The notes below the pieces were generated by a model. The model was not told the origin of the DNA. It saw only the letters and a program-made list of their open reading frames with translations, and did not search any database. A stretch of DNA of 64,000 bases, taken from contig JAUJMR010000001.1 of assembly GCA_030446765.1 (NCBI GenBank), positions 273,826 to 337,825 on the forward strand, read 5' to 3'. The translations under genes were made by a program, and so were the position numbers. Positions 30,316-39,984 of this stretch are shown here, piece by piece. How positions within the stretch are numbered: the stretch's first letter is position 1; each line of letters opens with the position of its first letter. Source of the stretch: Chloroflexia bacterium. Its GTDB lineage: Bacteria; Chloroflexota; Chloroflexia; Thermobaculales; Thermobaculaceae.

Positions 30316-31086
30316 GTGAAGTACGATGAGCGGCAGATTCAGTTCGAGAACCGAGGGGAAAAGCTGTACGGATTTCTGCACCTGCCGATGCGGCCCGGTC
30401 CGCATCCAGCAGTTGCACTGCTGCACGGGTTCGGTGGCAATCATATCGAGCCACATGCGCTTTTTGCGAAAGCCGCCCGCGCCTTTGCGGCCGCCGGTGT
30501 CGCGACCCTGCGTTTCGATTTTCGTGGCAGCGGTGATAGCGAGGGCGAGTTTCAGGCGGCTACGCTCGACGGCGAAACGGAGGACGCTCACCGCGCACTC
30601 GACTTCCTTACGAGTCAGCCGGAGATCGACGCCCAGCGCATTTGCCTCGGCGGTCTCAGCCTGGGTGGACTGATCGCAGCGTGTACGGCGAGTGGCGACT
30701 CGCGCGTTCGCGCACTCTTTCTATGGGCACCCGTGGCGCATCTCGGTGAGCTCTTCGAGGCAGGCACTACAGCCGAACGTAGGAGCGAAATCTCGACCCA
30801 TGGATTCACGGACTACGGAGGGCTCCGGGTCGGCGCCGGACTCGTACAGGACGCGCTGCTGACCGACCCGGTCGCGTCGCTGGCTGGCTTCAGCGGCCGC
30901 GTGTTCATCGTGCACGGTAGCGCCGACGAGACGGTGCCAATAGAGCACGCACACCGATACAAGGCATCCCTCGGTGACCGCGCGGAACTCGCCATATTGA
31001 ACGGTGCGGACCACGTATTCTCCAGCCTGGCGTGGGAGCGGGAGCTCATCGAGCGAACGACACGGTTCCTAAACGCGAACCTGTAA
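30316..31086 (+). CDS. Alpha/beta hydrolase (S9/dienelactone-hydrolase-like)
   Basis: LLHGFGGN, the nucleophile elbow GGLSLGG, HGSADETV and GADHVF. GTG start after GGAGGA. Confidence 0.75.
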   Translation: MKYDERQIQFENRGEKLYGFLHLPMRPGPHPAVALLHGFGGNHIEPHALFAKAARAFAAAGVATLRFDFRGSGDSEGEFQAATLDGETEDAHRALDFLTSQPEIDAQRICLGGLSLGGLIAACTASGDSRVRALFLWAPVAHLGELFEAGTTAERRSEISTHGFTDYGGLRVGAGLVQDALLTDPVASLAGFSGRVFIVHGSADETVPIEHAHRYKASLGDRAELAILNGADHVFSSLAWERELIERTTRFLNANL

Positions 31087-31541
31087 CCGGCGCCACAATG
31101 GGCTCCCGCAAGGAGTAGCGATGTGATCGAGACATCGAGGACGACAACCACGAGCGCAACACCAAGGCTGCCCAGCACCGCCAGTCGCATTGTGGTGAAC
31201 CGGTTAAAGAGCGCGCCCGCGATGTGGTCCATCGCGATCTCGGCGTAGCCGTAGATTCCCATGAGGAGTCCGAGCGATTCAGCCGACAAACCTCACTCCA
31301 GAAGCACAAACGGTAGCAGCGTGAGGACGGCACGTTACATCGTTCAGGTTGTGAACAAGGTGGCACCAGGACACATTCGGTTCGAACGGTTTTTCTCTCC
31401 GTTGTGCGTCGCTGCCTGCGCATCCAACGGCTCGCCTGGCCGATATCCGACACCGGCGCGGCGTGCCGTTGCTAGCGAGGTGCGTTGCTCTGCTATCCGC
31501 AGGGTAGGCGAGACAGGGTCCGCATGTTCGCGCGAAGCTGG

Positions 31542-31570
31542 CTTGACACTTGCAGAAAGCAGCGCTAGAG
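31542..31570 (+). promoter_or_regulatory. Candidate promoter (TTGACA, 17 nt, TAGAGT) for the ferredoxin gene
   Basis: TTGACA 31542-31547, 17-nt spacer, TAGAGT 31565-31570, about 40 nt upstream of GTG 31613. Confidence 0.5.
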
Positions 31571-31612
31571 TTACAGCCGATATTTGATTGCTTGAAAAGT
31601 GAGGTCCGCTCA

Positions 31613-31855
31613 GTGCCGTACATCATCGCCCAGCCCTGCATCGGCGTGAAGGACGCGTCGTGCGTCGAGGTATGTCCCGTTGACTGCATTTACTCCGATG
31701 ACGTGGCCGAGCAGTACTACATCCATCCCGACGAGTGTATCGACTGCGGCGCATGTGAGCCTGAGTGTCCGGTAAGCGCGATCTACCCGGAAGACAGTGT
31801 CCCGGAGCAGTGGCAGGAATATATCCAGATCAACGTGGACTACTTCAACAAATAG
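31613..31855 (+). CDS. 7Fe-type ferredoxin (3Fe-4S plus 4Fe-4S)
   Basis: VPYIIAQPCIGVKDASCVEVCPVDCIY...ECIDCGACEPECPVSAI. Classical FdxA-like cysteine spacing. Confidence 0.88.
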   Translation: MPYIIAQPCIGVKDASCVEVCPVDCIYSDDVAEQYYIHPDECIDCGACEPECPVSAIYPEDSVPEQWQEYIQINVDYFNK

Positions 31856-31888
31856 CGTCCAAAGCACGAGGCGGGAGCAAGCTACCCG

Positions 31889-32839
31889 ATGACACGACGG
31901 ATTCTGCTCTTTGCTGCCGAACTGCGTTGGATGCGCATGCTGATCACTCGCTACCGCGCATCACGCTCCTTCGCCTGGCGTTTCATTGCGGGTGAATCAT
32001 CAAAGACGGCGCTTAACGCCGTGCACGACTTGCGCGAGCGACAAATCACCGCCACGCTCGATTTGCTTGGGGAGAGCGTTCACGACGCCGAGCAGGCTCA
32101 CGAGGCCACGGCTCAGTATCTCGTACTCCTCGACGACATCCGGCGCTCCGGCACGCGCTCGCATGTCTCCTTGAAGCTCACGCAGCTCGGCATGGATGTC
32201 GACGAGCGGCTGTGCCGAGACAACCTCGAACTCATTCTTACGCGGGCAGCGGCACAGGATACCTTCGTCCGCATCGACATGGAAAGCAGCGCATACACGC
32301 AGCGCACCTTGGACTTGTTTCGGTCCACTCACCCTCGCTTTGAGAACTGCGGTGTTGTAATTCAGAGCTATCTCTACCGTTCGGAAAAGGATGTTGATGA
32401 CCTGATAGGTTGTGGCGCACGGGTTCGGCTCTGCAAGGGAGCTTACCTGGAGCCGCCGGATATCGCGTACCAGCGAAAGGGTGACGTGGACGCCAGCTAC
32501 GCCCGCCTGATGAAACGGTTGCTCTCCAACGGCAATTATCCGGCGATAGCCACGCACGACCCGAGAATGATAGACCTGGCCCTGGAGTACACAAAGCAGC
32601 ACGGCATTCCAAACTCATCCTGGGAGTTTCAGATGCTGTACGGCATTCGGCGGGACAAGCAGGAACGGCTGGCGGCGGCGGGATACAACGTGCGGTGCTA
32701 CATCCCATTCGGCACCGAGTGGTACGCGTACGTGATGCGCCGTCTGGCCGAGCGGCCCGCCAACATCATGTTTCTGCTCCGGAACGTACTTCGTGAGGCG
32801 CGACCAAGTGCAGCCTCAACGACAAGCCATGCCGGCTGA
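31889..32839 (+). CDS. Proline dehydrogenase (monofunctional PutA-like)
   Basis: RFIAGES...A......L...QITATLDLLGE, VSLKLTQLG, VRIDMESS, RLCKGAY, IATHD and YGIR motifs. Confidence 0.85.
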   Translation: MTRRILLFAAELRWMRMLITRYRASRSFAWRFIAGESSKTALNAVHDLRERQITATLDLLGESVHDAEQAHEATAQYLVLLDDIRRSGTRSHVSLKLTQLGMDVDERLCRDNLELILTRAAAQDTFVRIDMESSAYTQRTLDLFRSTHPRFENCGVVIQSYLYRSEKDVDDLIGCGARVRLCKGAYLEPPDIAYQRKGDVDASYARLMKRLLSNGNYPAIATHDPRMIDLALEYTKQHGIPNSSWEFQMLYGIRRDKQERLAAAGYNVRCYIPFGTEWYAYVMRRLAERPANIMFLLRNVLREARPSAASTTSHAG

Positions 32840-33166
32840 ACCACACATCATGTATACTCCTCACGCGTCTTCGCTTGCCGGAACCTCACTAGGCAGAGGA
32901 ACTGTTGCGGTATTAGCACGGAGAACTCCGTGCAATTCGCACCGACTTGGCCGCTCCGTCCACGGGGTGCAGACACGGTGACGTACTGGAGTGCCCATCT
33001 GGAGCACGGCCTGCAATAGATTCGTGCCGGCGTGGCCGTCCGGCTCTGCCTGTACGCACGACGCACCACACCGTCGGCAAACATGGCCCGTGTGGCGACA
33101 CCACCCATCAACTGCCCCATGGCCCCCGCGCTCGTCGTTGCTTGGTGCGTTGATCCGGCTATGTAC

Positions 33167-34831
33167 TCAAAGCGCTTGTAACTCCGCCGCGCTATATGCG
33201 CCACTGCTCACCAATGAATGCGCGACGGATTCCACGCACCGCTCCGCCCTGATAGCAACCGGACGCGTGTCCAGCAGCAGTTCGGGCAACGGGCTGTCCT
33301 CGTGTACTTCCAGCACAACCGTTTGAGGTCGCCTGCGTCCGGCTCCCTGCATCTTGACGCCGCTTAATGGACTCAGCAGCACGCTTGTGTCCTTGTCTTG
33401 CGGTCCATGGATTCGCTGCAGCCGGCCCGCCGGGACCGTCAGCTCCACTGAACCATCCTCCCACGTCGCAGCTACGCTCACCGCCGGTTCCCCACGCTTC
33501 GCACCCCGTGCCGCGAGCAGGATCGTCTGGGTTCGCGGCCGGTCACGCTCCCAAACGTTGGCGGCCAGGTTGGGATCGATCGTGGCAAGCGCCCCGACGG
33601 CAACGAATGCGTTCGCTGTGTCTATCACGATTTCGGTTCGGTGCCAGCCCGGCTGAGCCTGAGACAAGGCGTCGGCGATAACGACGGACGCGACCCGCAA
33701 CCCCATGCCGCGCGCAAGACCACCCGATCCGACAACCACATCCGGTGGTGCATCTAGCGCAAGCTCCGCGATGGCAAGCCGGGTCGCCTCGCGGGCAAAC
33801 GCTTGTTCGATTAGCGCCTCGCGCAACGTCGACGACTCGACCGTAGGGTGGATGGTCCGGTTCGTTGCCCACGTGCTTAGCTCATCGCGGTGCGGCTCAA
33901 ACGGTAACCACCGGCGAAGGTTCTTTTTCCCACCTGTTCGTATAGTGCCGTACAGCCCCTGCCCAACCCAAACCCGCCGAGCACTTTGTAGGAGAGATCT
34001 TCTCTGCAAGCGGCGCACACCACGATGCTGGACGCTCCGATATCAAGCAGCAGTAAGCCGCGAGGATCGGTGTCTGCGGCGTAGCGGGCGGAGATCATGG
34101 CACACGTTGCGGCGCTGAGAAACGAAGAGTCGGGATGGCGGCAGGTCTCCAACTTCACTCGCGTGCCGACGCGAGTGGCGAGAGTACTGCAGGAGCAGCC
34201 GACGCCGGACGGCGGCGAGACCGTGTGGCGAGCGAGCGAGTAAGTCGCACCGCACCATATCTGTCTCCGTACGGCCCAGCAGGGCAGTCGCGTCACTCTC
34301 GACCCCTTCCGGCAGGCAGTGCAGCACGGGTACGAGGCGCGTGTCGGCGCCAACGCGCGTCAGCAGTTGCTCCAGCGCTTGTTGCTGCGCGGGGGTAAAG
34401 GGCGTTCGCCCCTCCACGAGCATCACTAAATCGGGTCGGTAGCCATCTCGTAACGTCCAGTGGCTGAGCAGGCCAGCGATTGATCCGGCGTGAATCTCCC
34501 CGATGTACGAGGCTGCACGGAACTGGTCCGCGAGACGTCTGGCCGCCTTGGCATCGACACAAACGAGGACCACACTCATCGGCGGTGCGCTGCTCCCAAC
34601 GGGTACTAGTCGCACCCCCAGGTCGTCCTGACGTTCCTCCAAGGAGCCGGAGCCTTGAAGGCCCGTCAGTTCCCGCATCGCACGCTGGGCCTGCACCGTC
34701 GCGGCATCGAGGTCTGGCCGGAACCCATCTAGCGAGGGCGTCGGGAAACTGCGTGTGGCGACGAGGCGTCGTGCCCCGTCGACCGTGCCGAATAAGGTGG
34801 CCTTCGTCCAGCCACTCCCAAAGTCACACAC
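33167..34831 (-). pseudogene. GlmL/MutL-like actin-fold (ASKHA) ATPase-like protein, at least two frame breaks
   Basis: The N-terminal CDFGSGWTKATLFG resembles the phosphate-1 motif of GlmL-type proteins. The second half carries LLLLDIGASSIVVCAA and VVGSGGLARG. The middle segment (about 34230 down to 33928) is in another frame. One break is at the T5 run 33924-33928. Confidence 0.55.
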
Positions 34832-34873
34832 CAGGGTATGCGGGCGAGACCGGGAGTCGTCATCTCCAGCCGG

Positions 34874-35836
34874 TCACTTCTTCCGCTTCCGTCGCGCCTT
34901 ACGTCCAGACCGTTCCGACTGCGGCTCGAGAACATATCCGACAGCGGATTGGAATCGTCGTCCGTTCTCACCAAGCTCCGAATCAGGTCTGACCGGCGCC
35001 GAGCCATCAGTGGAGCCAGTCACTGCCGACGTTGGCGCAGCGCTGGTTTCAACAGAATGTGGATCCGCCATTATGTCGACGGAGTTAGTACTGTCCTGAT
35101 CCGGCGCTGGATCCACCGACTCGGCGACTACGCCGTCATCAACGGTTTGCGCGCCCAGAGGCGGCGCAGTCTCGGCATCCGCACTCACTGATTGCTTTTG
35201 TGCCAGCACGCGACTCGTTGTCGGCTCATCCGTGCCTAAGCGAACATCTTGGTCCAGCGAGTCGTCCGACTGCAGCACCGCCGAGAGCACTTCGAGTATG
35301 GATTCACCGTCCTCGTCCTCCTCAACGATTGCTCCAGCGACGGCGTCGGCGTCAAACGCCGGTTGGGACCCGAGACCTGCTTGTGCCGCGCGCTCCAACC
35401 ATCGGTAGAAATCGGTAGAGAGGACCGTCGTATCATCGTCCATGGTTGCTGTAGTGAGATCCAGGTCATCCAGGAGTAGAAGATCACCTTCTAAGGGACC
35501 TTCCTCATCGTCGACCGCGAAGATAGTGTTATCGTCCGCTACTTGCTCGACCGCGTACTGTAGGTCCGGTGGTGGGACATCGTCGACCACTTCTTCGTAC
35601 GGTGGCGGGAGAACGACCGCACCACCGCCGTAGAGTTCACGAAACGGGCGCACGGCCGCGAGCCAGTCGGGGAGCAGCTCGCCCTTCCAGAGGTAGCCGG
35701 CTACCGTCGCCTGGCGCAGCCACGCCGGCAGCGGCTCATCCCCTTCGACCGTCTTGGAGACAAGCCGGAAGCCACAGGCGTTACAATAGTGGCTGCCCTG
35801 GCGATTGGCAAAGCCGCAACGCTCACAATACGTCAT
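34874..35836 (-). CDS. Zinc-ribbon protein with a long acidic low-complexity region and basic C-terminal tail
   Basis: MTYCERCGFANRQGSHYCNACGF, a Trp-rich segment (PAWLRQATVAGYLWKGELLPDWL), about 200 aa of D/E-rich sequence, and a tail GRKARRKRKK. Confidence 0.65.
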   Translation of the reverse strand: MTYCERCGFANRQGSHYCNACGFRLVSKTVEGDEPLPAWLRQATVAGYLWKGELLPDWLAAVRPFRELYGGGAVVLPPPYEEVVDDVPPPDLQYAVEQVADDNTIFAVDDEEGPLEGDLLLLDDLDLTTATMDDDTTVLSTDFYRWLERAAQAGLGSQPAFDADAVAGAIVEEDEDGESILEVLSAVLQSDDSLDQDVRLGTDEPTTSRVLAQKQSVSADAETAPPLGAQTVDDGVVAESVDPAPDQDSTNSVDIMADPHSVETSAAPTSAVTGSTDGSAPVRPDSELGENGRRFQSAVGYVLEPQSERSGRKARRKRKK

Positions 35837-35845
35837 TGTTGGGGA

Positions 35846-36265
35846 CTACCGCCGGTTCCGATCGCCGTTTGGGTACTGTGAGCCCTTTCGGAACTCAACG
35901 CGAGCCTCCGCGACGGCGTCCTTCAGCCGCTCTAGACGGTGGTGCATCGTTGGCTCCTCGCGACCACGACGATTTGGATCAGCGGCATCTGGAGTCTTCA
36001 CGCCGAAGTACAGTTTCGCGCCAGCGCGTACCATATCGAATACAAAGTCCTCAATGGCCGGGGCTACCTTCTCGAACCGGTTCGAGTCCTCTCCGGGAGC
36101 AGTGTTCGCGCCCGCCTGGGCGTCCGTGCGCGAAGCATCATACGAGCGAGTTTCGGGTCCGCTCGCTTGCTGGCTTGTCTCCTTAGGCGCCAATGGAGAG
36201 GCGCATGTCATACAGTACACAGCCTCAGATGGGTTGACCCTGCCGCATTCTCTGCATGGTGTCAT
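35846..36265 (-). CDS. Zinc-ribbon protein (paralogous N-terminus to 34874..35836)
   Basis: MTPCRECGRVNPSEAVYCMTCASPL, a disordered linker, and a C-terminal predicted helical region. AAGGAGGA RBS. Confidence 0.6.
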   Translation of the reverse strand: MTPCRECGRVNPSEAVYCMTCASPLAPKETSQQASGPETRSYDASRTDAQAGANTAPGEDSNRFEKVAPAIEDFVFDMVRAGAKLYFGVKTPDAADPNRRGREEPTMHHRLERLKDAVAEARVEFRKGSQYPNGDRNRR

Positions 36266-36278
36266 CGCTCGGTCCTCC

Positions 36279-36470
36279 TTACCAATCGGGTTGCTCCTCG
36301 GGCGGGGTACATGCCGGACAATCCACCGGGTCCTCCAGCTCGTAGGTCGCTGGATCGTCGGTTGCTCGCGCTGACGGTGGGAGAGCAGCTTCCCTTTCGA
36401 TGCTGAAAGAATGCCCGCAAAGTGGATGTCGCACCGTCAAGGATTGCATTGAGTGATTGCCCCAGCGCAC
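36279..36470 (-). CDS. Small Cys/His-containing protein, putative zinc-binding
   Basis: HPLCGHSF...VDCPACTP. 63-aa ORF (alternative start at M8). First gene of the zinc-ribbon/ATPase cluster. Confidence 0.4.
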   Translation of the reverse strand: MRWGNHSMQSLTVRHPLCGHSFSIEREAALPPSARATDDPATYELEDPVDCPACTPPEEQPDW

Positions 36471-36634
36471 TGCATCCGAGCGCCATACAGCCTTATACCA
36501 TCTGGCTGGATTATATCACGTAGTATCCCTGCCCACGGCAGACGCTCCGTTGTTGAAGGCACGTCCCAGGCGTTCACTAGCTCGACATTTCTTCCAGTGG
36601 TGCGAACCGACTGGTCTGCAGCACTAGCTCGTCG

Positions 36635-38146
36635 TTACGTGATGTACGGTCGAATGAACGCGTCCAAGAAGTACAGGAGGAACGCGGCGGTAACTACCCA
36701 GAGCGCTGGATGGATACGCCGTGCCTTGCCGACGAAAATCTGGATCAGCGTATACAGCACGATCCCCGCACCGATGCCGTTCGTAATCGAGTACGTGAAC
36801 GGCATGAGCAGAATCGTCGCGACGGCGGGGAAGCCGATCTCGAAGTTCTGGAACGGGATCGTGGAGCGAACGCCCGTCACAGTTTGCCCGGATGCATCCG
36901 CATACTCCTCCGCCTCCGCGAGCGTCGTCATCATCATCCAGCCAACCAGAATGAGCGCGGGTGCCGTCGCCTGTGCGGGCACGACGCCAGCGAGTGGTGA
37001 CAGGAACATGGTGAACAGAAACAGCACACCCGTCACTACGGATGTTAGTCCGGTACGCCCGCCCGATTCCACGCCAGCAGCACTCTCGATGTACGTGGTC
37101 GCACTGGACGCGCTTGCGGCCCCGCCCGCCATCGCGGCAACCGAGTCAACGAGCAGTGGACGCTTCACATCCTTGAAGTTGCCTTGCTCATCCAAATAGC
37201 CCGCCTTGCCGCCGACGCCAACTAACGTGCCCATCGTATCGAAGAAGTCACTCAGCATGATGGAGAATATGGTCAGCGCCGCCGTGATCACGCCAAGCTT
37301 GGCGAACACGCCAAACACGTTTACGTCACCGATCGTGCTGAAATCCGGCGCACCGATGAAGTCTGCCGGCCATTGTCCGACGCCTGGGAGCGGAAAGGCG
37401 CTCTGTGCGAAGGTTGAGTTTATTGCCGTGGCGAAGAGGGTAGTCAGCAGGATACCAAGAAGCAGGTAGGATCTCCCGATTATCGGGTGCAGGCGGGCAC
37501 CCGCTGTTCGCAGCAGGATGGTGAGCAGGAGCCCCACCACTGAAACGAGCACGGGGAACCCCGTCAGGACGCCGATCTGGACCGGTGTCCCGCCTTCCGG
37601 CCCCGGCACCACGAATCCGGCGTTCACGAACCCAATGAAGGCAATGAACAGCCCAATCCCCACAGCGATTGCACGCTTCATCTCGGTCGGGATGGAGCGC
37701 ATGATCGACTCGCGCATGTTCGTCTGCGTGAGTATGAGGATGATAAAACCCTCGATGACGATCACGCCCATTGCCTCTGGCGGCGTGAGACCCAGGGTCG
37801 CAATAAGCTGGAACGCCACGACCGCGTTAAGCCCCATCCCGCTCGCGACAGCGAAAGCACGATTGGTCACGAGGCCCATGATGATGGTCATGACTCCAGC
37901 GACCAGTGCGGTGGCAGTTAGGGTTGCCTGGAATGGGAGGCCACGACCGGCCAGGGCTTCGTTCCCGGCAAAGCCCAGGATGGCAGGGTTCACGAAGATG
38001 ATATATGCCATCACCATGAACGTGGTAAAACCAGCCGTGACCTCGGTCCGCACATCGGTGTTATGAACACTCAGAGCGAACAGCCGTTCCAATGGACCGC
38101 CCGCCGTCGGCTTCGGACGCGTTCCCATGGCGCTATCGGTCGACAT
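36635..38146 (-). CDS. NCS2 (AzgA/PbuG-type) purine (adenine/guanine/hypoxanthine) permease
   Basis: VRTEVTAGFTTFMVMAYIIFVNPAIL and many TM segments along the full length. ATG 38146 after AGGAGG. The track ORF extends spuriously to 38299. Confidence 0.88.
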   Translation of the reverse strand: MSTDSAMGTRPKPTAGGPLERLFALSVHNTDVRTEVTAGFTTFMVMAYIIFVNPAILGFAGNEALAGRGLPFQATLTATALVAGVMTIIMGLVTNRAFAVASGMGLNAVVAFQLIATLGLTPPEAMGVIVIEGFIILILTQTNMRESIMRSIPTEMKRAIAVGIGLFIAFIGFVNAGFVVPGPEGGTPVQIGVLTGFPVLVSVVGLLLTILLRTAGARLHPIIGRSYLLLGILLTTLFATAINSTFAQSAFPLPGVGQWPADFIGAPDFSTIGDVNVFGVFAKLGVITAALTIFSIMLSDFFDTMGTLVGVGGKAGYLDEQGNFKDVKRPLLVDSVAAMAGGAASASSATTYIESAAGVESGGRTGLTSVVTGVLFLFTMFLSPLAGVVPAQATAPALILVGWMMMTTLAEAEEYADASGQTVTGVRSTIPFQNFEIGFPAVATILLMPFTYSITNGIGAGIVLYTLIQIFVGKARRIHPALWVVTAAFLLYFLDAFIRPYIT

Positions 38147-38439
38147 ACCCAAGTACCGTCCTCCTGTAGAGTTGAGTCGATGTGACGAACGCGTGATTCG
38201 TTCCGAGACGACTGTATTATACGGAACGAACCAATAGCAAAACCCATCGAATACGAGGGGAAACTGGCGCGGCCTTCCCAGTTCGATGCTGCACTCCACG
38301 ATGAGCTAACGGCAACGGCGAACCTGTAAGTGATATGGGTACTTGGCCGATTGATCACACGCATCGAACGGATAGATTCATCTACAATTCGGCAGCAAAT
38401 CGTTTGTGTCGCGACCGGGCCGGTGTGTATCATCATTGA

Positions 38440-39816
38440 ATGAGTTACGCGTACAGAGGCTATTCCGGCAGGCGTAGACGCCAGCGAAGATCCATCGTTT
38501 TCCTCCTGCTCAGTATCACCCTTGCCGCTGCTGCTCTCCTTTTTTACGGTGTGCAGAACGGGGCAGTAAAGGGCTCTCCGATTGGGCGACTTCTGCCGGA
38601 GAGCATCGGCGGTGGATCCGAAACCGAGCGACGTGCATCGCCGACCCCGGTGGTCGAGGTCCGCGTCTCGGCAACGCCGATACCGTCCGAGCCAGTCCCA
38701 ACCGCAAACGCGGTTTCTACTCAGCAGCCCTCCGCAATCAGCCAAGCGGCGGCGACAAAGGTTCCGACGCCCGCAAAGCGAGTAGCTCGGACGGTTCGAC
38801 CGCGTGCCACAAGCACAGTACGGCCGGAACGGAAGCGTCCCGCAAGGCCGTCGCCTACGCCCGGTAGAGCGGCACGTCCGTCGGTAGCTAATGTTACACG
38901 GCGGTACCACACGGTGGTACCGGGGGACAACCTGTACAGTATCAGCGACCGGTATAACGTCGCCGTGAGCGAGCTAGCTGCAGCCAACGGGCTGGATGTG
39001 CAGACCGAGGTGTACATCGACCAACAACTGCTGATTCCCACGCGCCAGGCGCCCAGTGGTCTACGGTTGCCTCCCATTCGCCAGAACCCAAGGCCGCCGA
39101 AGTTGCGTTCGCTGGCTGCTCTGTCGCCGGAGCTCGTTGCGTATATGGAGAGCCGTGCTGGAACAATGGCAGGCGCGGTCTTCGAGCCCGTGACCGGTAC
39201 GCTGTACGTTCATCAGCCGAACGAGAGGTTTTATGCCGCGAGCACGATAAAGGTGCCAATAATGTTGACCCTGCTATCTCGCGGCAACGCTCGGGACGGA
39301 GAGACCGTCGCGTCTCGAGAGCCGCTGCTCGTGCCTATGATCGTGGTTAGCGATAACGAGGCAGCGTCAACGTTGTTCACGAAAGTTGGCGGTCAGAAAG
39401 CAGTGCAGGCCGAGTTGCGTGCGCGTGGTCTCGCCAACACCCGCGTCGAGTCGGATCAGTGGGGTCTGAGCACCACGACGGCGCCAGATATGGCGCGCCT
39501 GATGCGGAGCTTGTATCTCGGACAGCGACTCACTCCGACGATGCGCCGCAGTGCTGTCGGCCTGCTTGGGAACGTCGTCGTGCCGCAGCGGTGGGGCGTG
39601 CCGGCGGGAGCGCCAGACTCGGCATATGTAGCCTTCAAGGGTGGATGGCTGGAGCGCGGCGGTGGGTGGCAGGTCCATCAGATCGGCGTCATGCAGAACA
39701 ACGATCGAACGTTCGTTTTCGCCCTGATGACCGCTGGACAACCCGCAGAGGTATACGGACGCCAGAGCCTTGAGGGAGCGGGCGAGATCCTGGGTACCAT
39801 GTCGGCTCGCCCCTAG
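38440..39816 (+). CDS. LysM-domain protein fused to a class A beta-lactamase-fold serine hydrolase
   Basis: N-terminal TM, Pro/Thr-rich linker, LysM (YHTVVPGDNLYSISDRYNVAVSELAAANGL...QQLLIP), then STIK (SxxK), SDN and a class-A-like fold. Confidence 0.8.
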   Translation: MSYAYRGYSGRRRRQRRSIVFLLLSITLAAAALLFYGVQNGAVKGSPIGRLLPESIGGGSETERRASPTPVVEVRVSATPIPSEPVPTANAVSTQQPSAISQAAATKVPTPAKRVARTVRPRATSTVRPERKRPARPSPTPGRAARPSVANVTRRYHTVVPGDNLYSISDRYNVAVSELAAANGLDVQTEVYIDQQLLIPTRQAPSGLRLPPIRQNPRPPKLRSLAALSPELVAYMESRAGTMAGAVFEPVTGTLYVHQPNERFYAASTIKVPIMLTLLSRGNARDGETVASREPLLVPMIVVSDNEAASTLFTKVGGQKAVQAELRARGLANTRVESDQWGLSTTTAPDMARLMRSLYLGQRLTPTMRRSAVGLLGNVVVPQRWGVPAGAPDSAYVAFKGGWLERGGGWQVHQIGVMQNNDRTFVFALMTAGQPAEVYGRQSLEGAGEILGTMSARP

Positions 39817-39876
39817 GGTCGCTTTCTCAAGCATAATTCCGCGTGCCGTTCATCATTGTAGTTAGCGCTAAGTGGG

Positions 39877-39926
39877 GCGCTTTGGCCACGATGCGGAACC
39901 ACTCACACCTTGCGCTTTAGCCACGA
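39877..39926. repeat. Two 15-nt direct repeats, GCGCTTT(G/A)GCCACGA, 35 nt apart
   Basis: Copies at 39877-39891 and 39912-39926, upstream of an extended -10 (TGcTATACT, 39985-39993) and of the 40061 gene. Confidence 0.7.
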
Positions 39927-39984
39927 CACAAGGTACGCCGACCGAGCCTTCTGTCAATCTGATAGCAGCGGTTGTGCTATACTA

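Noticed and set aside
38147-38300. A purine (guanine/adenine) riboswitch upstream of the NCS2 permease.
   Set aside because: A UAUAAU element is present, but the conserved three-way-junction core (GAUAUGG loop, GUUUCUACC, CCGUAAA, ACUAUG) is absent. Kept only as an unclassified leader hairpin.
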